Shown piece after piece: positions 1-11,319 of a DNA stretch of 64,000 bases; the stretch's first letter is position 1; each line of letters starts with the position of its first letter. The DNA comes from Mustelus asterias (taxonomy: Eukaryota): assembly GCF_964213995.1 (NCBI RefSeq), contig NW_027590501.1, forward strand, positions 62,001 to 126,000. The letters are read 5' to 3'. Below the pieces are notes generated by a model, which saw only the letters and a program-made list of their open reading frames with translations, had not been told where the DNA came from and did not search any database. The position numbers were made by a program, and so were the translations under genes.

Positions 1-2375
1 AGTGTATTCAGGAGGAATTTCTCATTCAGTATGTGGATGGCCCGACTAGAGAGGGGCAAAAGTTCACCTCCACTTGGGAAATAAGGAAGGGCAGGTGATA
101 GAAGTGTTAGTGAGGGATCACTTTGGGACCAGTGACCATAATTCCATTAGTTTTAAGATACCTATGGAAAATGATTGGTCAGGTCCAAAAGTTAAAATTC
201 TAAATTAGGGAAAGGCCAATGTTGATGGTATCAGGCAGGAACTTTCGACAGTTAACTGGGGGAGTCTGTGGGAAGGCAAAGGGACGTCTGGTAAGTGGGA
301 GGCTTTCAAAAGTGTTTTAACCAGGGTTCAGGGTAAGCACATTGCTCTTAGAGTGATGGGCAAGGCTGGTAGAAGTCGGGAACCCTGGATGACTCGAGAT
401 ATTGAAGCCCTCGTCAAGAAGAAGGAGGCACATGACATGCATCGGCAGCTGGGATCAAGTGGATCCCTTGAAGAGTTTCGAGGGTGTAGGAGTAGAATTA
501 AGAGAGAAGTCAGGAGGGCAAAAAGGGGACACGAGATTGTTTTGGCAGATAAGGCAAAGGAGAATCCAAAGAGGTTCTATAAATACATAAAGTGCCAAAG
601 AGTAACTAGGTAGAGAGTAGGGCCTCTTAAGGATCAACAAGGTCATCTATGTGCGGATCCACAAGAGATGGGTGAGATCATAAATGAATATTTTTCATCA
701 TTATTTATTGTTGAGAAAAGCATGGATGTTAGGGAACTTGGGGAAATAAAGTGATGTCTTGAGAAGTGTACTTATAACAGAGAAGGAGGTGCTGGAAGTC
801 ACAAAGCGCATCAAGGTAGATAAATCCCCGGGACCTGATGAAGTGTATCCCAGAACACTGTGGGAGGCTAGGGAGGAAATTGCGGGTCTCCTAGCAGAGA
901 TATTTGAATCATCGATAGTCACGGGTGAGGTGCCTAAAGATTGGAGGGTGGCAAATGTGGAGCCTTTGTTTAAAAAGGGCTGCAGGGAAAAGCCTGGGAA
1001 CTAAAGGGCGGTGTGATTCACATCTGTAAGTTGTCAGAAGGTATTTGAGAGACAGGATCTACAGGCATTTGGAGACACAAGGACTGATTAGGGACAGTCA
1101 GCATGGCTTTGTGAGTGGAAAATCATGTCTCACAAATTTGATTGAGTTTTTTGAAGGGGTAACCAAGAAGGTAGATCAGGGCAGTACAGGTGATGCTGTC
1201 TACGTGGACTTTAGCAAGGCCTTTGACAAGGTACCGCAAGGTAGGTTGTTGCTTAAGGTTAAATCTAATGAAATCCAGGGTGAGTTAGCCAAATGGATAC
1301 AAAATTGGCTTGATGACAGAAGACAGAGGGTGGTTGTAGAAGGTTGTTTTTCAAACTGGAGCCTGTGACCAGCGGTGTGCCTCAAGGATCGGTGCTGGGT
1401 CCACTGTTATTTGTCATTTATATTAATGATTTGGATGAGAATGTAGGAGGCATGGGTAGTAAGTTTTCAGATGACACCAAAGTTGGTGGCATTGTGGACA
1501 GTGGAGAAGGCTATCTAGGATTGTAGCGCGATCTTGATCAATTGGGCCAGTGGGCTGACGAATGGCAGATGGAGTTTAATTTAGATAAATGCAAGGTAAT
1601 CCATTTTGGGAGATCGAACCAGGACAGGACTTACTCAGTTAATGGTAGGGTGTTGGGGAGAGTTACAGAACAGAAATCTAGGGGTACAGGTACATAGCTC
1701 CTTGAAAATGGAGTTGCAGGTGGACAGAGTGGTGAAGAAGGCATTCTGCATGTTGGTCAGAACATTGAATACAGGAGTTGGAATGTCTTGTTGAAGTTTT
1801 ACAAGACATTGGTAAGGCCACACTTGGAATACTGTGTACAGTTCTGGTCACCCTATGATAGAAAGGATATTATTAAACTAGAAAGACTGCAGAAAAGATT
1901 TACTGGGATGCTACCGGGACTTGATGATTTGAGTTATAAAGAGAGGCTGGATAGACTGGGACTTTTTTCCCTGGAATGTAGGAGGCTTAGGGGTGAACTT
2001 ATAGAGGTCTATAAAATAATGAGGGGCATAGATCAGCTAGATAGTCAATATCTTTTCCCAAAGGTAGGGGAGTCTAAAACTAGAGGGCATAGGTTTAAGG
2101 TGAGAGGGGAGAGATACAGAAGGGTCCAGAGGGGCACTTGTTTCACACAGAGGGTGGTGAGTGTCTGGAAAAAGGTGCCAGAGGTAGTAGTAGAGGCAGG
2201 TACAATTTTGTCTTTTAAAAAGCGTTTAGACAGTTACATGGGTAAGATGGGTGTCGAGGGATATGGGCCAAACGTGGACAATTGGGATGAGCACAGGGGT
2301 TAAAAAAGGGGCGGCATGGACAAGTTGGGCTGAAGGGCCCGTTTCCAAGCTGGAAACCTCTATGACTCCATGACT
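1..2375 (+). mobile_element. CR1-clade LINE (shark HER1-like), ORF2 disrupted, 5' end outside window
   Basis: ORF fragments carry CR1 RT motifs: KSPGPD, QHGF...[50 protein letters not shown]. Ends in the short tail ctctatgactccatgact. Confidence 0.93.
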
Positions 2376-2765
2376 AAATCAACTGTCTGCTGAAAGGGTT
2401 AACTTTTCTACAGAACCGAAAGGGGTGGGGAGTGAGAAGAAACTTGGCACACAGTTACATCACTTTACATAATTTTTAAAAACTTCTCTAACAACAAAAC
2501 AAAGTTGATTTTAAACTTTATCTATGAATTCTTTTGTTCTCTTCCTCAACCTAATTATTTTAATTTGTTCAGTTTTTGTTAGGGATGGGTAACTTCTGTT
2601 CTTTATAAACTGGTTCACTCATTTTGTTAATTCTACATGGGCTCGGAGAATCAGAACCCAGACTTTATCATCCTGATCCTTTTTCTCCTTCTGCCACCAC
2701 TCCCTCTGTTTTGAAGGAGGGTCATGGGGATTCCAATCAGAACTAATCATTTCATCAGAAGAGTA

Positions 2766-2932
2766 AAATACTGCAGATACCGGAATCTGAAACAAAAACA
2801 CAAAATGCTGGAAAATCTCAGTAGGTCTGACAGCACCTGTGAAGAATGGAGCCAAGGTTTCGATAATGGATGACCCTTCATAACAGCTCTCATGAAGTAT
2901 CATTCAGACTCAAAATGTTGGCTCTGTTCTCT
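2766..2932. mobile_element. Short Penelope-like terminal-repeat-derived palindromic element
   Basis: aaaatgctggaaaatctcag...gacagca motif with an inverted gacccttc/gactc...ttggctctgtt half. The motif recurs at about 5052, 11178, 13130, 24945, 44270, 47550 and 48768. Confidence 0.55.
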
Positions 2933-2967
2933 AATCATTTTATCGATACATTTCTTGTTCTTAGTTT

Positions 2968-3243
2968 GAGGTTTAAAGTGAGAGGGGAGAGATACAAAAG
3001 GGTCCAGAGGGGCAGTTTTTCACTCAGGTCGTGGTGAGTGTCTGGAACGAGTTGCCAGAGGCAGTGGTAGAGGTGGGTACAATACTGTCTTTTCAAAAGC
3101 ATTTAGACAGTTACACGGGTAAGATGGGTATAGAGGGATATGGGCAAAATACGGGCAATTGGGACTAGCTTAGTGGTAAAAACTGAGCGGAATGGACAAG
3201 TTGGGCTGAAGGGCCTGTTTCCATGTTGTAAACCTCTATAACT
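2968..3243 (+). mobile_element. CR1 3'-end fragment
   Basis: Near copy of 2091-2365 (aggtttaa.gtgagaggggagagatac...aacctctat). Confidence 0.9.
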
Positions 3244-3468
3244 TCCTAACACCCTGTCACTCTGTGATCCGTGTGAAATCTAAAAACCAGGTATTCGCAA
3301 CAAGACTCAAAGAGCATCAGCCCACTGGAGGCAAAGTCATGAGACCGGCCAGTCCAGCAGAAAGAAACCCTCCGACCCTCCCCATTGACCAACTGTGAGA
3401 ATGAACAAAATGCAGTCCTGGATGTAATTGAGAGCAGAAACAATAACAGCAGAATCCAACCTCTGGAA

Positions 3469-4563
3469 TCACTCGTGAACTCGCTGGTGTCTCAGCAGGT
3501 GGGATGAAACTCTGAATCCCTTCCCACACTGAGAGCAGGTGAATGGCCTCTCCCCAGTGTGAACTCGCTGGTGTCTCTGCAGGTGGGATGACTGAGTGAA
3601 TCCCTTCCCACACTGAGAGCAGGTGAACGGCCTCTCCCCTGTGTGAACTCGCTGGTGTGTCCGCAGATCAGATGAGTTAGTGAATCCCTTCCCACACTGA
3701 GAGCAGATGAATGGTTTCTCCCCAGTGTGAACTCGCTGGTGTATTCGCAGGCTGGATAACAGAATGAATCCCTTCCCACACTGAGAGCAGGTGAACGGCC
3801 TCTCCCTTGTGTGACGTAGCTGGTGTCTCTGCAGGTCGGCTGACTGAGTGAATCTCTTCCCACACTGAGAGCAGGTGAACGGTCTCTCCCCAGTGTGAAC
3901 TCGTTCGTGTGTCCGCAGGATGGATGAGTTCGTGAATCCCTTCCCACACTGAGAACAGTTGAATGGCCTCTCCCCAGTGTGAACTCGTTGGTGTCTCTGC
4001 AGGAGGGATAACAGAATGAATCCCTTCCCACACTGAGAGCAGGTGAACGGCCTCTCTCCTGTGTGAACTTGCTGGTGTTTCTGCAAGCTGGATAACTGAA
4101 TGAATCCCTTCCCACACTGAGAGCAGGTGAATGGTTTCTCCCCAGTGTGAACTCGCTGGTGTATCCGCAGGCTGGATAACAGAATGAATCCTTTCCCACA
4201 CTGAGAGCAGGTGAATGGCCTCTCCCCAGTGTGAACTCGTTCATGTGTCCGCAGGGTGGATAATTGAGTGAATCCCTTCCCACACTGAGAGCAGGTGAAC
4301 GGCCTCTCCCCAGTGTGAACTCGCTGGTGTCTCTGCAGGTCGGATAACTGACTGAATCCCTTCTCACATTGAGAGCAGGAAAATGGCCTCTCTCCAGTGT
4401 GAACTCGCTGGTGTCTCTGCAGGAGGGATAATCGAGTGAATCCCTTCCCACATTGAGAGCAGGTGAATGGTCTCTCCCCAGTGTGGCTGCGTCGATGAGC
4501 TTCCAGCTTAGATGGGGCTCTGTATCCCTTCCCACAGTCCCCACATTTCCATGGTTTCTCCAT
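3469..4563 (-). CDS. Z1: tandem C2H2 zinc-finger protein, 13 fingers, no effector domain
   Basis: 13 CxxC-x12-HxxxH units with TGE[RK]PF linkers. Likely ATG (MEKPWKC, accATGG) at 4563; the ORF track starts at a non-ATG codon at 4599. Confidence 0.9.
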   Translation of the reverse strand: MEKPWKCGDCGKGYRAPSKLEAHRRSHTGERPFTCSQCGKGFTRLSLLQRHQRVHTGERPFSCSQCEKGFSQLSDLQRHQRVHTGERPFTCSQCGKGFTQLSTLRTHERVHTGERPFTCSQCGKGFILLSSLRIHQRVHTGEKPFTCSQCGKGFIQLSSLQKHQQVHTGERPFTCSQCGKGFILLSLLQRHQRVHTGERPFNCSQCGKGFTNSSILRTHERVHTGERPFTCSQCGKRFTQSADLQRHQLRHTRERPFTCSQCGKGFILLSSLRIHQRVHTGEKPFICSQCGKGFTNSSDLRTHQRVHTGERPFTCSQCGKGFTQSSHLQRHQRVHTGERPFTCSQCGKGFRVSSHLLRHQRVHE

Positions 4564-5160
4564 GGTGCAGGTGTCCTTACCTCTCTCTTGACTGGACAAT
4601 TAGTTGAAACTTCGCCCACACTCAGAACAAGATTACAGTCTCTCCCCGCTGTGAATGGTGTGATATTTATTCAGACTGTGTAACTGGTTAAAGCTCTTTA
4701 GTCAGTGCATTGGAACACTCTCACTCAAGTGTGGCAGTGTGTTGATGCTTTTTCACTCACACTGACATTTCAAATCTTTTCAAATCGACAGACTGGACAA
4801 TCATTTCTCCTTCTGGATTCAAAGTCCGATGATATTGAGGTCCCAAGGAATATGACTCTGTCACGTCTAGACATGACGTTTGAGATTTCGGCCTGTGATT
4901 CCTCTTTCAATATCCTGTAAAACGAGTTTACAAAAGTCATCAGTGTCAGTACAGCAGAGAAATTCAGAACAGACAATTTCTATGGAACATTCTTGCCTCT
5001 CTCATTCCCCAAAAGCTGTAAATCTCCATCCCACACACTGTCTCCCCATTCTCAGCAGGTCTGGCAGCATCTGTATGGAGAGAAAAGAACTGATGTTTCA
5101 GAGCTTTGACAAAGGGTCATCGAGACAAGAAACATCAGCTCTTGATGTAGGAAGAGAGAT

Positions 5161-5471
5161 TCCTATTCGCTGATTCAGGCAGGCTCCATTGTGACGTCAC
5201 AATGCGGAAGTTGTCCAATGAGCTTCAGATTGAAACTTCCTCTTCTGGACAACATCTGGGAGGAAATCAATGTTTCCCCCTTTCCATTTCTTTTCTCATT
5301 CTGGGGAAATTGGGGACTTGCAGCAACTGAAGGGAGTGAAGTGAATTCGGTCTGTATATTCCACACATTTTTACTCCAGTAATGTAGACATTTATTTGTC
5401 TGGCAGCCTGCATGGAAATTTTCAGCTCTCTGCATCCAGGGCAAGAAGCAGTGAGCATGGATCTGTCAATC
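5161..5471 (+). promoter_or_regulatory. ZNF-type promoter/exon1/exon2 remnant in opposite orientation to Z1
   Basis: 5161-5240 matches the reverse complement of 51570-51650. 5220-5340 matches 34434-34560. 5350-5471 matches 35670-35788. Contains the palindrome cattgtgacgtcacaatg. Confidence 0.7.
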
Positions 5472-5842
5472 ACACATGAGGACGGCCTCAACCGGGATCT
5501 TGGGTTCATGTCACACTATCTGTAACTCACACTGTCTGTAACCCCCACAAATTGCCTGGGCTTGCAAAATCTCACTAACTGTCCTGGCTGGAGACAATAC
5601 ACATCTCTTTAACCTGTGCTTCATCCTCTCTCCACTCACATTGTCTGTACCTTTAAGACTTGATTACCTGTAAAGACTCACATTCCAACCATTATTTTGT
5701 AAATTGAGTTTGTGTCTCTGTGCCCTGTTTGTGAACAGAACTCCCACTCACCTGATGAAGAGCAGCGCTCCAAAATCCTGTGGCTTATGCCAGCAAATTA
5801 ACCTGTTGGATTTTAACCTGGTGTTGTGAGATTACTTACTGT
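5471..5842 (+). mobile_element. Penelope-like element 3' fragment (end of GIY-YIG ORF plus terminal repeat)
   Basis: Homologous to 44838-45197 (THEDGLNRDxGFMSHYL*; aataaacctgttggactttaacctggtgttgt-type terminus). Degenerate hammerhead core at about 5752. Confidence 0.8.
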
Positions 5843-5979
5843 CTGAGGCTGAAACAGGCTGTTCACAACCAGGGTGAAATAGTTCATCCCAATATGAGCT
5901 TCCAACCACGTCCACATCATCATCAAGACCACCTTCATTCAAAGTAATTAATTAATTAACAGTAATGAATCATAAAATA

Positions 5980-6273
5980 CATTGTAGGAGGAGGCCATTC
6001 AGCCCATCGAGCCTGCACCGACAACAATCCCATCCAGGCCCTATCCACATATTTACCTGTTAATCCCCCTGATGCCAAGGGTTAATTTATCATGGCCAAT
6101 CTGTCTAACCTGCACATCTTTGGACTGTGGAAGGAAACCGGAACACCCGGAGGAAACCCACCCAGACACGGGGAGAATGTAGAAACTCTGCACAGACAGC
6201 GACCCGAGGCTGGAATTGAACCCGGGTCCCTGGCGCTGTTAGGCAGCTGCACTAACCACTGCGCCACCGGGCC
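5980..6273 (-). mobile_element. HE1/V-SINE-like tRNA-derived SINE
   Basis: Reverse complement reads ggtggcgcagtggttag (A box) ...ggttcaattcc (B box), the core gggtttcctccgggtg and a CR1-like tail. Confidence 0.85.
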
Positions 6274-6325
6274 ACATGTCAGTGCCATCGCCCGACTCCA
6301 GCCCAGTGTCAGCTCATCTGGAACC

Positions 6326-6489
6326 CTCACCCATTCCATTGTGACATCACACTCTCACCCATTCCATTGTGACGTCACACTCTCACCCATTCCATTGTGA
6401 CATCACACTCTCACCCATTCCATTGTGACCTCACACTCCCACCCATTCCATTGTGACCTCACACTCTCACCCATTCCATTGTGACGTCA
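6326..6489. repeat. 28-bp minisatellite, about 6 copies, each with a CRE-like gtgacNtcac
   Basis: Unit ctcacccattccattgtgac[a/g/c]tcacact at 28-bp spacing. Confidence 0.95.
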
Positions 6490-7090
6490 GGGCTTCACTC
6501 TCCGATCACAATCCCTGCCGGCCTCCCACATGCAGCCTCAATGGCGGCAGTCAGCCCGGGTCTAACACTACAAGCTGCCGCTCCATTTGGTACAAAGGGG
6601 GGGAACCGGGAAGTTCATTTCCGGGGTTTGGGGTTGAACAACATGTTTACAAAGTCTCTCCACCCACCCGCCACATTTATCATTCCTCGCACGCCGCCCT
6701 CTACCTCGTATTGATCTCGCTACCGAGTTAAAACCGTCCATCCGTCGTCATTACCCGCACTGCGCATGCTACAGGCCCCGCCTCTCATTCACTCCGATTG
6801 GTTGGAGGACCAGCCGCTCCCGCTCGGTCCTCCAGTCCGGCCCCCTCTTCCTATTGGTCCGGAGCTGCCGTCAATCAGTGCCCGGGCATTGTGATGTGGA
6901 GCATGCGCAGTGTCATTGCTGTCCTTGCGCTTGTTTGTCCCGGAGAAGCGGAGTCAGCGTTAGGCGGTGGCTGGGAGGATTTGGAAACACTTTGTGGATC
7001 CGCAAACCCTTCAGAATCATTGTCAGCTCCCTGGTTTGCAGCTGCGGGGCTTTTCCCTCCCTCCCTCCCGGGAACAGGCCCAGGTTAACG
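6490..7090 (+). promoter_or_regulatory. CpG-island promoter and putative non-coding exon 1 of Z2
   Basis: CpG-rich. Contains tgcgcatg (NRF1-like), inverted CCAAT boxes, a GC box and YY1-like atggcggc. Candidate donor cag|gttaac at 7083/7084 and acceptor tttacag|g at 7541/7542. Confidence 0.65.
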
Positions 7091-7899
7091 GCCCCATCCT
7101 GGCTCAGCCACTGGAGGATGGTTCACATCAGAGGATGGGGGAGGGGGACAATAAATAAGAGGTTACACTTTGGCCTCAAATCAATGAGGACTCTGATCTC
7201 TGGGAAGGAAGGAAACCCTGGGAGGTGGGCGGGGAGGATTAACAAACACCCGCTGGAGGCCCCAACACCCCCAATAAGACCCATTGGTTTTATTGTCAGT
7301 CTGCAGACAGGAGCTGGAGAACTGAACCCAGACAGAGGAGAGGGAGGGAGAAAACTGGGAGTGGAGGAAAGAAATGGTGAGATGGGTTTGGATTTCAGCG
7401 CAGGGAGGAGGGAGAGTGTGTGGGACGGAGATTTACAGATTTGGGGGAACAAGAAAGGAAAAAATGTTCCAGAAAGACTAGAATTGTTCAGAGTTTCTAT
7501 CCTGTTCTGACAGTGATGACTTTTCTAAACTGTTTTTACAGGATATTCAAAGTGAAGGAATGGCAGACAGAAAACTCAAACCGAACATCACATCTGACAA
7601 AGTCATTCAGTTCCTTCGGAGCTGAATATGATCGGTCTTTGAATATGGAAGGAGCAATATTTGTCTGTTCTGCCTGTGGGCAAAGAAATTAAACATCAGT
7701 GTGACCAGAAAAGCAGCAGGACAAACACACACCCGAGTGAGAGTGTTCCAGTGAACCAACTGTGGAAAGAGCTTTAACCAGTTACACAGCCTGAAAAAAA
7801 ATCACAGTTCACAGCAGGGTGAAACTACGTGTATGTTGTGTGTGTGGATGAGGCTTGAACTGATCATCCAACCTGGAGAAACACAAGGGCACCAGCACC

Positions 7900-9048
7900 A
7901 TGGAGAAACAGTGGAAATGTGTGGATTGTGGGAAAGGAATCAGTTTCCCATCACAACTGGAAGTTCATCAGCGCAGTCACACTGGGGAGAGACCGTTCAC
8001 CTGCTCTGTTTGTGGGAAGGGATTCACCCATTCATACAACCTTCTGACTCACCAACGGGTTCACACTGGGGAGAGGCCGTTCACCTGCCCTGTGTGTGGG
8101 AAGGGATTCACTCGCTCATCCCACATTGTGACACACCAACTTGTTCACACTGATGAGAGACTGTCTCCATGTTCTGACTGTGGGAAGAGTTTTAAATGCA
8201 AAAAAGATCTGCTGACGCACCAACGTATTCACACTGGGGAGAGACCGTTCACCTGCTGTGTGTGTGGGAAAGGATTCATTCAGTCATCCCACTTGCAGAC
8301 ACATCAACTTGTTCACTCTGATAACAAACTTTTTAATTGTTCCCACTGTGAGAAGAGCTTTAAAAATAAAAAAGATCTGCTGACGCACCAATATACTCAC
8401 ACTGGGGAGAGGCCATTCACCTGCTGTGTGTGTGGGAAGGGATTCAGCCATCCATCTGCCCTATTGAACCACCAGAGAATTCACACTAGGGAGAGGCCCT
8501 TCACCTGCTCAGACTGTGGGAAGGGATTCATTAATTCATCCAACCTTCTGATACACCAGCAACTCCACACAGGGGATCGACCGTTCACCTGCTCTGAATG
8601 TGGGAAGGGATTCACCCGTTCATACAACCTTCTGACACAGCAGCAGGTTCACAGTGAGGAGAGGCCATTCACTTGCTCCGTATGTGGGAAGGGATTCACT
8701 CGTTCATCCAACCTATTGAATCACCAGCGAGTTCACACTGGGGAGAGGCCGTTCACCTGCTCCATGTGTGGGAAGGGATTCAGTCAGTCATCCAACCTGC
8801 TGACACATCAGAGAGTTCACAGTGGGGAGAGGCCATTTACCTGCTCTGTCTGTGGGAAGGGATTTTCTCATTTCTCTTATCTTCTGAAACACCAGCGAGT
8901 TCACACTGGGGAGAGGCCGTTCACCTGTAATGTCTGTGGAAAGGGATTTGTTCAGTCATCCCACCTGCTAACACACCGGCGAGTTCACAAACGACTGCAA
9001 GGTTTGGATTCTACACTTATCGATGCTGTTAATCATATCCAGGTCTGA
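7900..9048 (+). CDS. Z2: tandem C2H2 zinc-finger protein, 13 fingers (9th has His>Gln)
   Basis: 382-aa ORF starting accATGG (MEKQWKC) with canonical linkers and a short C-terminal extension. Confidence 0.92.
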   Translation: MEKQWKCVDCGKGISFPSQLEVHQRSHTGERPFTCSVCGKGFTHSYNLLTHQRVHTGERPFTCPVCGKGFTRSSHIVTHQLVHTDERLSPCSDCGKSFKCKKDLLTHQRIHTGERPFTCCVCGKGFIQSSHLQTHQLVHSDNKLFNCSHCEKSFKNKKDLLTHQYTHTGERPFTCCVCGKGFSHPSALLNHQRIHTRERPFTCSDCGKGFINSSNLLIHQQLHTGDRPFTCSECGKGFTRSYNLLTQQQVHSEERPFTCSVCGKGFTRSSNLLNHQRVHTGERPFTCSMCGKGFSQSSNLLTHQRVHSGERPFTCSVCGKGFSHFSYLLKHQRVHTGERPFTCNVCGKGFVQSSHLLTHRRVHKRLQGLDSTLIDAVNHIQV

Positions 9049-9954
9049 ATCATCTTCACTCTGACTTTTTTCTTCTGTTGAGGTTTGATATTCTGAATAA
9101 ATGTGAAATAGACATTTGATTGAATCATTGTTGTAGATTTTTGTCTTTTTCATTTGAGTGTTTAACGTCACCAGGCTGGAGCTCAGAAAGGGCAATCTGA
9201 GGGAGGATCACACAGTAGGAACAGAACTTCATTCTTGACCCAGTCCTTCAGGGTCACGCTGAGAGGGACAAACAGCACTTTGGTCTTTTTCGTCACTTTT
9301 CACTGACAGCAAAGTCCCCGTGTGGGTGAATCCTGAGGTGTGTAAGAAATATGTCCCAGTCGTTCTTTTCCATGGTTCCGAGCTCCGAGACACGGAACAG
9401 AAGCTCTTTTACAACTGTGTTTAGAGTTAGGACGAACAATGGTGAATGCTGGAAACGTGCTGTCAAAGATTGGTGTAAAACTGGGATCTATTCCTGACTG
9501 AGAGTGAAACGGCAGGTTTAGGTTTCCAGACTAAAAATCCAAAAAGTCTAAAACATTTTAATGTGTGTGTGTGTCAGTCCTGGTTTATTGAACAGAAACT
9601 GGCTTAAAATAAATTGGTTGAAGTCTGCATCAAAGTAGCAGCTGGAGACGTTCAAAGGAGCCTGTTAACTGCTGGGACAATTAGACAACAATTTGATTCC
9701 CAGATAGAGAAGGAGCTGCAGTGTGGATCCAAAAATTCTCAGTTTTGTTGTGTGCTTCCCATACACTATCCTTTTAAATAAACCTCACTCCTATCAGCCT
9801 TTAACCATTAGAAACAGAACAGAGAGAAGCTGAGCAGCAACAGAGCCCTGACTGACCATTTAAGAATGAGTGATGTGTTCAGCTGAAGTTTCCTGTTGGT
9901 AGTTTTTTGGGTGATCTTATTTTGATCATTCTCAGTGACCCCTGGGTGTGAACC

Positions 9955-10400
9955 TGCTCTCCTCTCTTTCAGACATTCACTCACTTAGCATCTCCTCTCC
10001 CTCAGAAACTCAATCACTTAACATCTCTCATCTCTCTCACACTCACTGAACATCTCTCTTTCTCTCCAGGCATTCACTCACACTTACCTTACCTTCCACC
10101 TCTCTTACACTCTAACCTCGCTCCTCTCTCACATTCACTTCACCTCTCTCCTCTCAGAAACTGTCTTCATCACTTAATGTCTCTCTATCTTTCTTTCAAA
10201 CACTCACTCATTTAACCTTCCTATTTCAGATCTGCTTAAACTTATTCATTGTTTTCTCTCTCTCATTACCTCTCTCTCAAAAAGCACAAACACACTTCAT
10301 CTCTCTTCGCTGTCTGAGAAAACATCTAATTGATGGAGATTCAATCCTCTCTGTTTCTCTCTCCCACTTCCTCTGACAGGCCCTGACTCACTTTAAATCT
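9955..10400. repeat. CT/CA-rich low-complexity region
   Basis: Degenerate ctctct/cactcact runs. Confidence 0.6.
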
Positions 10401-11319
10401 CCTCTTTTCTAATAACCCTCTTTGGGAAAACTCATTTGTTCTCTAATTCCTCCTCATTTCTCCCAGTGATGACCCTCAGTCCATCTCCCAATTCAGTGAA
10501 TGTGTTAAAAGTCCAAATAATCTCCTTTATTGTTTAAAATGGGAATGGAGGTGAACGTAATGCTGAGACCGGCAGCAATCTGTGTGGTTGTTCTTGATGC
10601 TGTCAGAGTGAGTTCACCCTCACAGACAGGAAGACTGTTCATGGTGATAACATCAAACTGACGCCGGCTGTTTCATTCTCAGGTATCACAACTTCCTGTT
10701 TCTCTGCTGCCGGTTCCAAACCTCACATCTCACTTCTGAGCAGAAAATAAATCCAGGGACCACAATCTGGTGAGAACATCTGTCAATGCGGCCTTTATCT
10801 GTCCACAGAGTCAGGGCAGAGTCACACAGGTCACATTGTGGTGACATTTACAAATGAGCCAGTTATTTCTATTCAGAGTTTCCATTCTCAGATATAACCA
10901 GCTGTGTCTGTGGATCAGTTACTGAGTTCCCTCTGCTTCCCATAGCTGGGAACTGATAGCCTGCTCCCTTATATACAGAGCATTCTCTCTGTATTGCTTG
11001 TTTCCTCTGATTCTCAGCTTTTATCTTTGACCTTCCTCATCTTTCTGCTTTTTAAATCTTTCTCAATTTTTCTCTGTCTTTCTGTCTCTCCCTTCCTCTG
11101 TATCTCTCTCAGGCTTTGTGTGTTCCTATTTAATCGAGCTGTTCAAAATCATGAAGAGTTTCTGATTGATTTTCGAAGGAAAAACAGGGAGAGAAGCAGA
11201 AAAACCCGGCAGATCCGGCGGCATCTGTTCAGAGAGAAACAGTTAACATTTTGAGTCCATATAATTCTTCAGGGCAGGAAAAACATGGGTTATCCACCTT
11301 AGATCAGGGAATGTAATGG

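Noticed and set aside
3492-4619. Long shifted-frame ORFs over ZF arrays ([10 protein letters not shown]..., [10 protein letters not shown]...; also at 14411, 36212, 50429, 50478, 62945)
   Set aside because: These are shadows of the 84-bp finger repeat and its codon bias, with no independent coding evidence.
6798-7510. ORFs over CpG islands as KRAB or other effector exons (also 23582-24043 and 51666-52175)
   Set aside because: No domain resemblance, the frame differs between near-identical copies, and GC-rich DNA yields spurious ORFs.
7700-7865. Shared in-frame TGAs in the leader as readthrough or selenocysteine sites (Z4 even has TGA CTAG)
   Set aside because: The leaders checked (Z2, Z3, Z7) also carry private frameshifts or extra stops, so recoding would not restore a frame.
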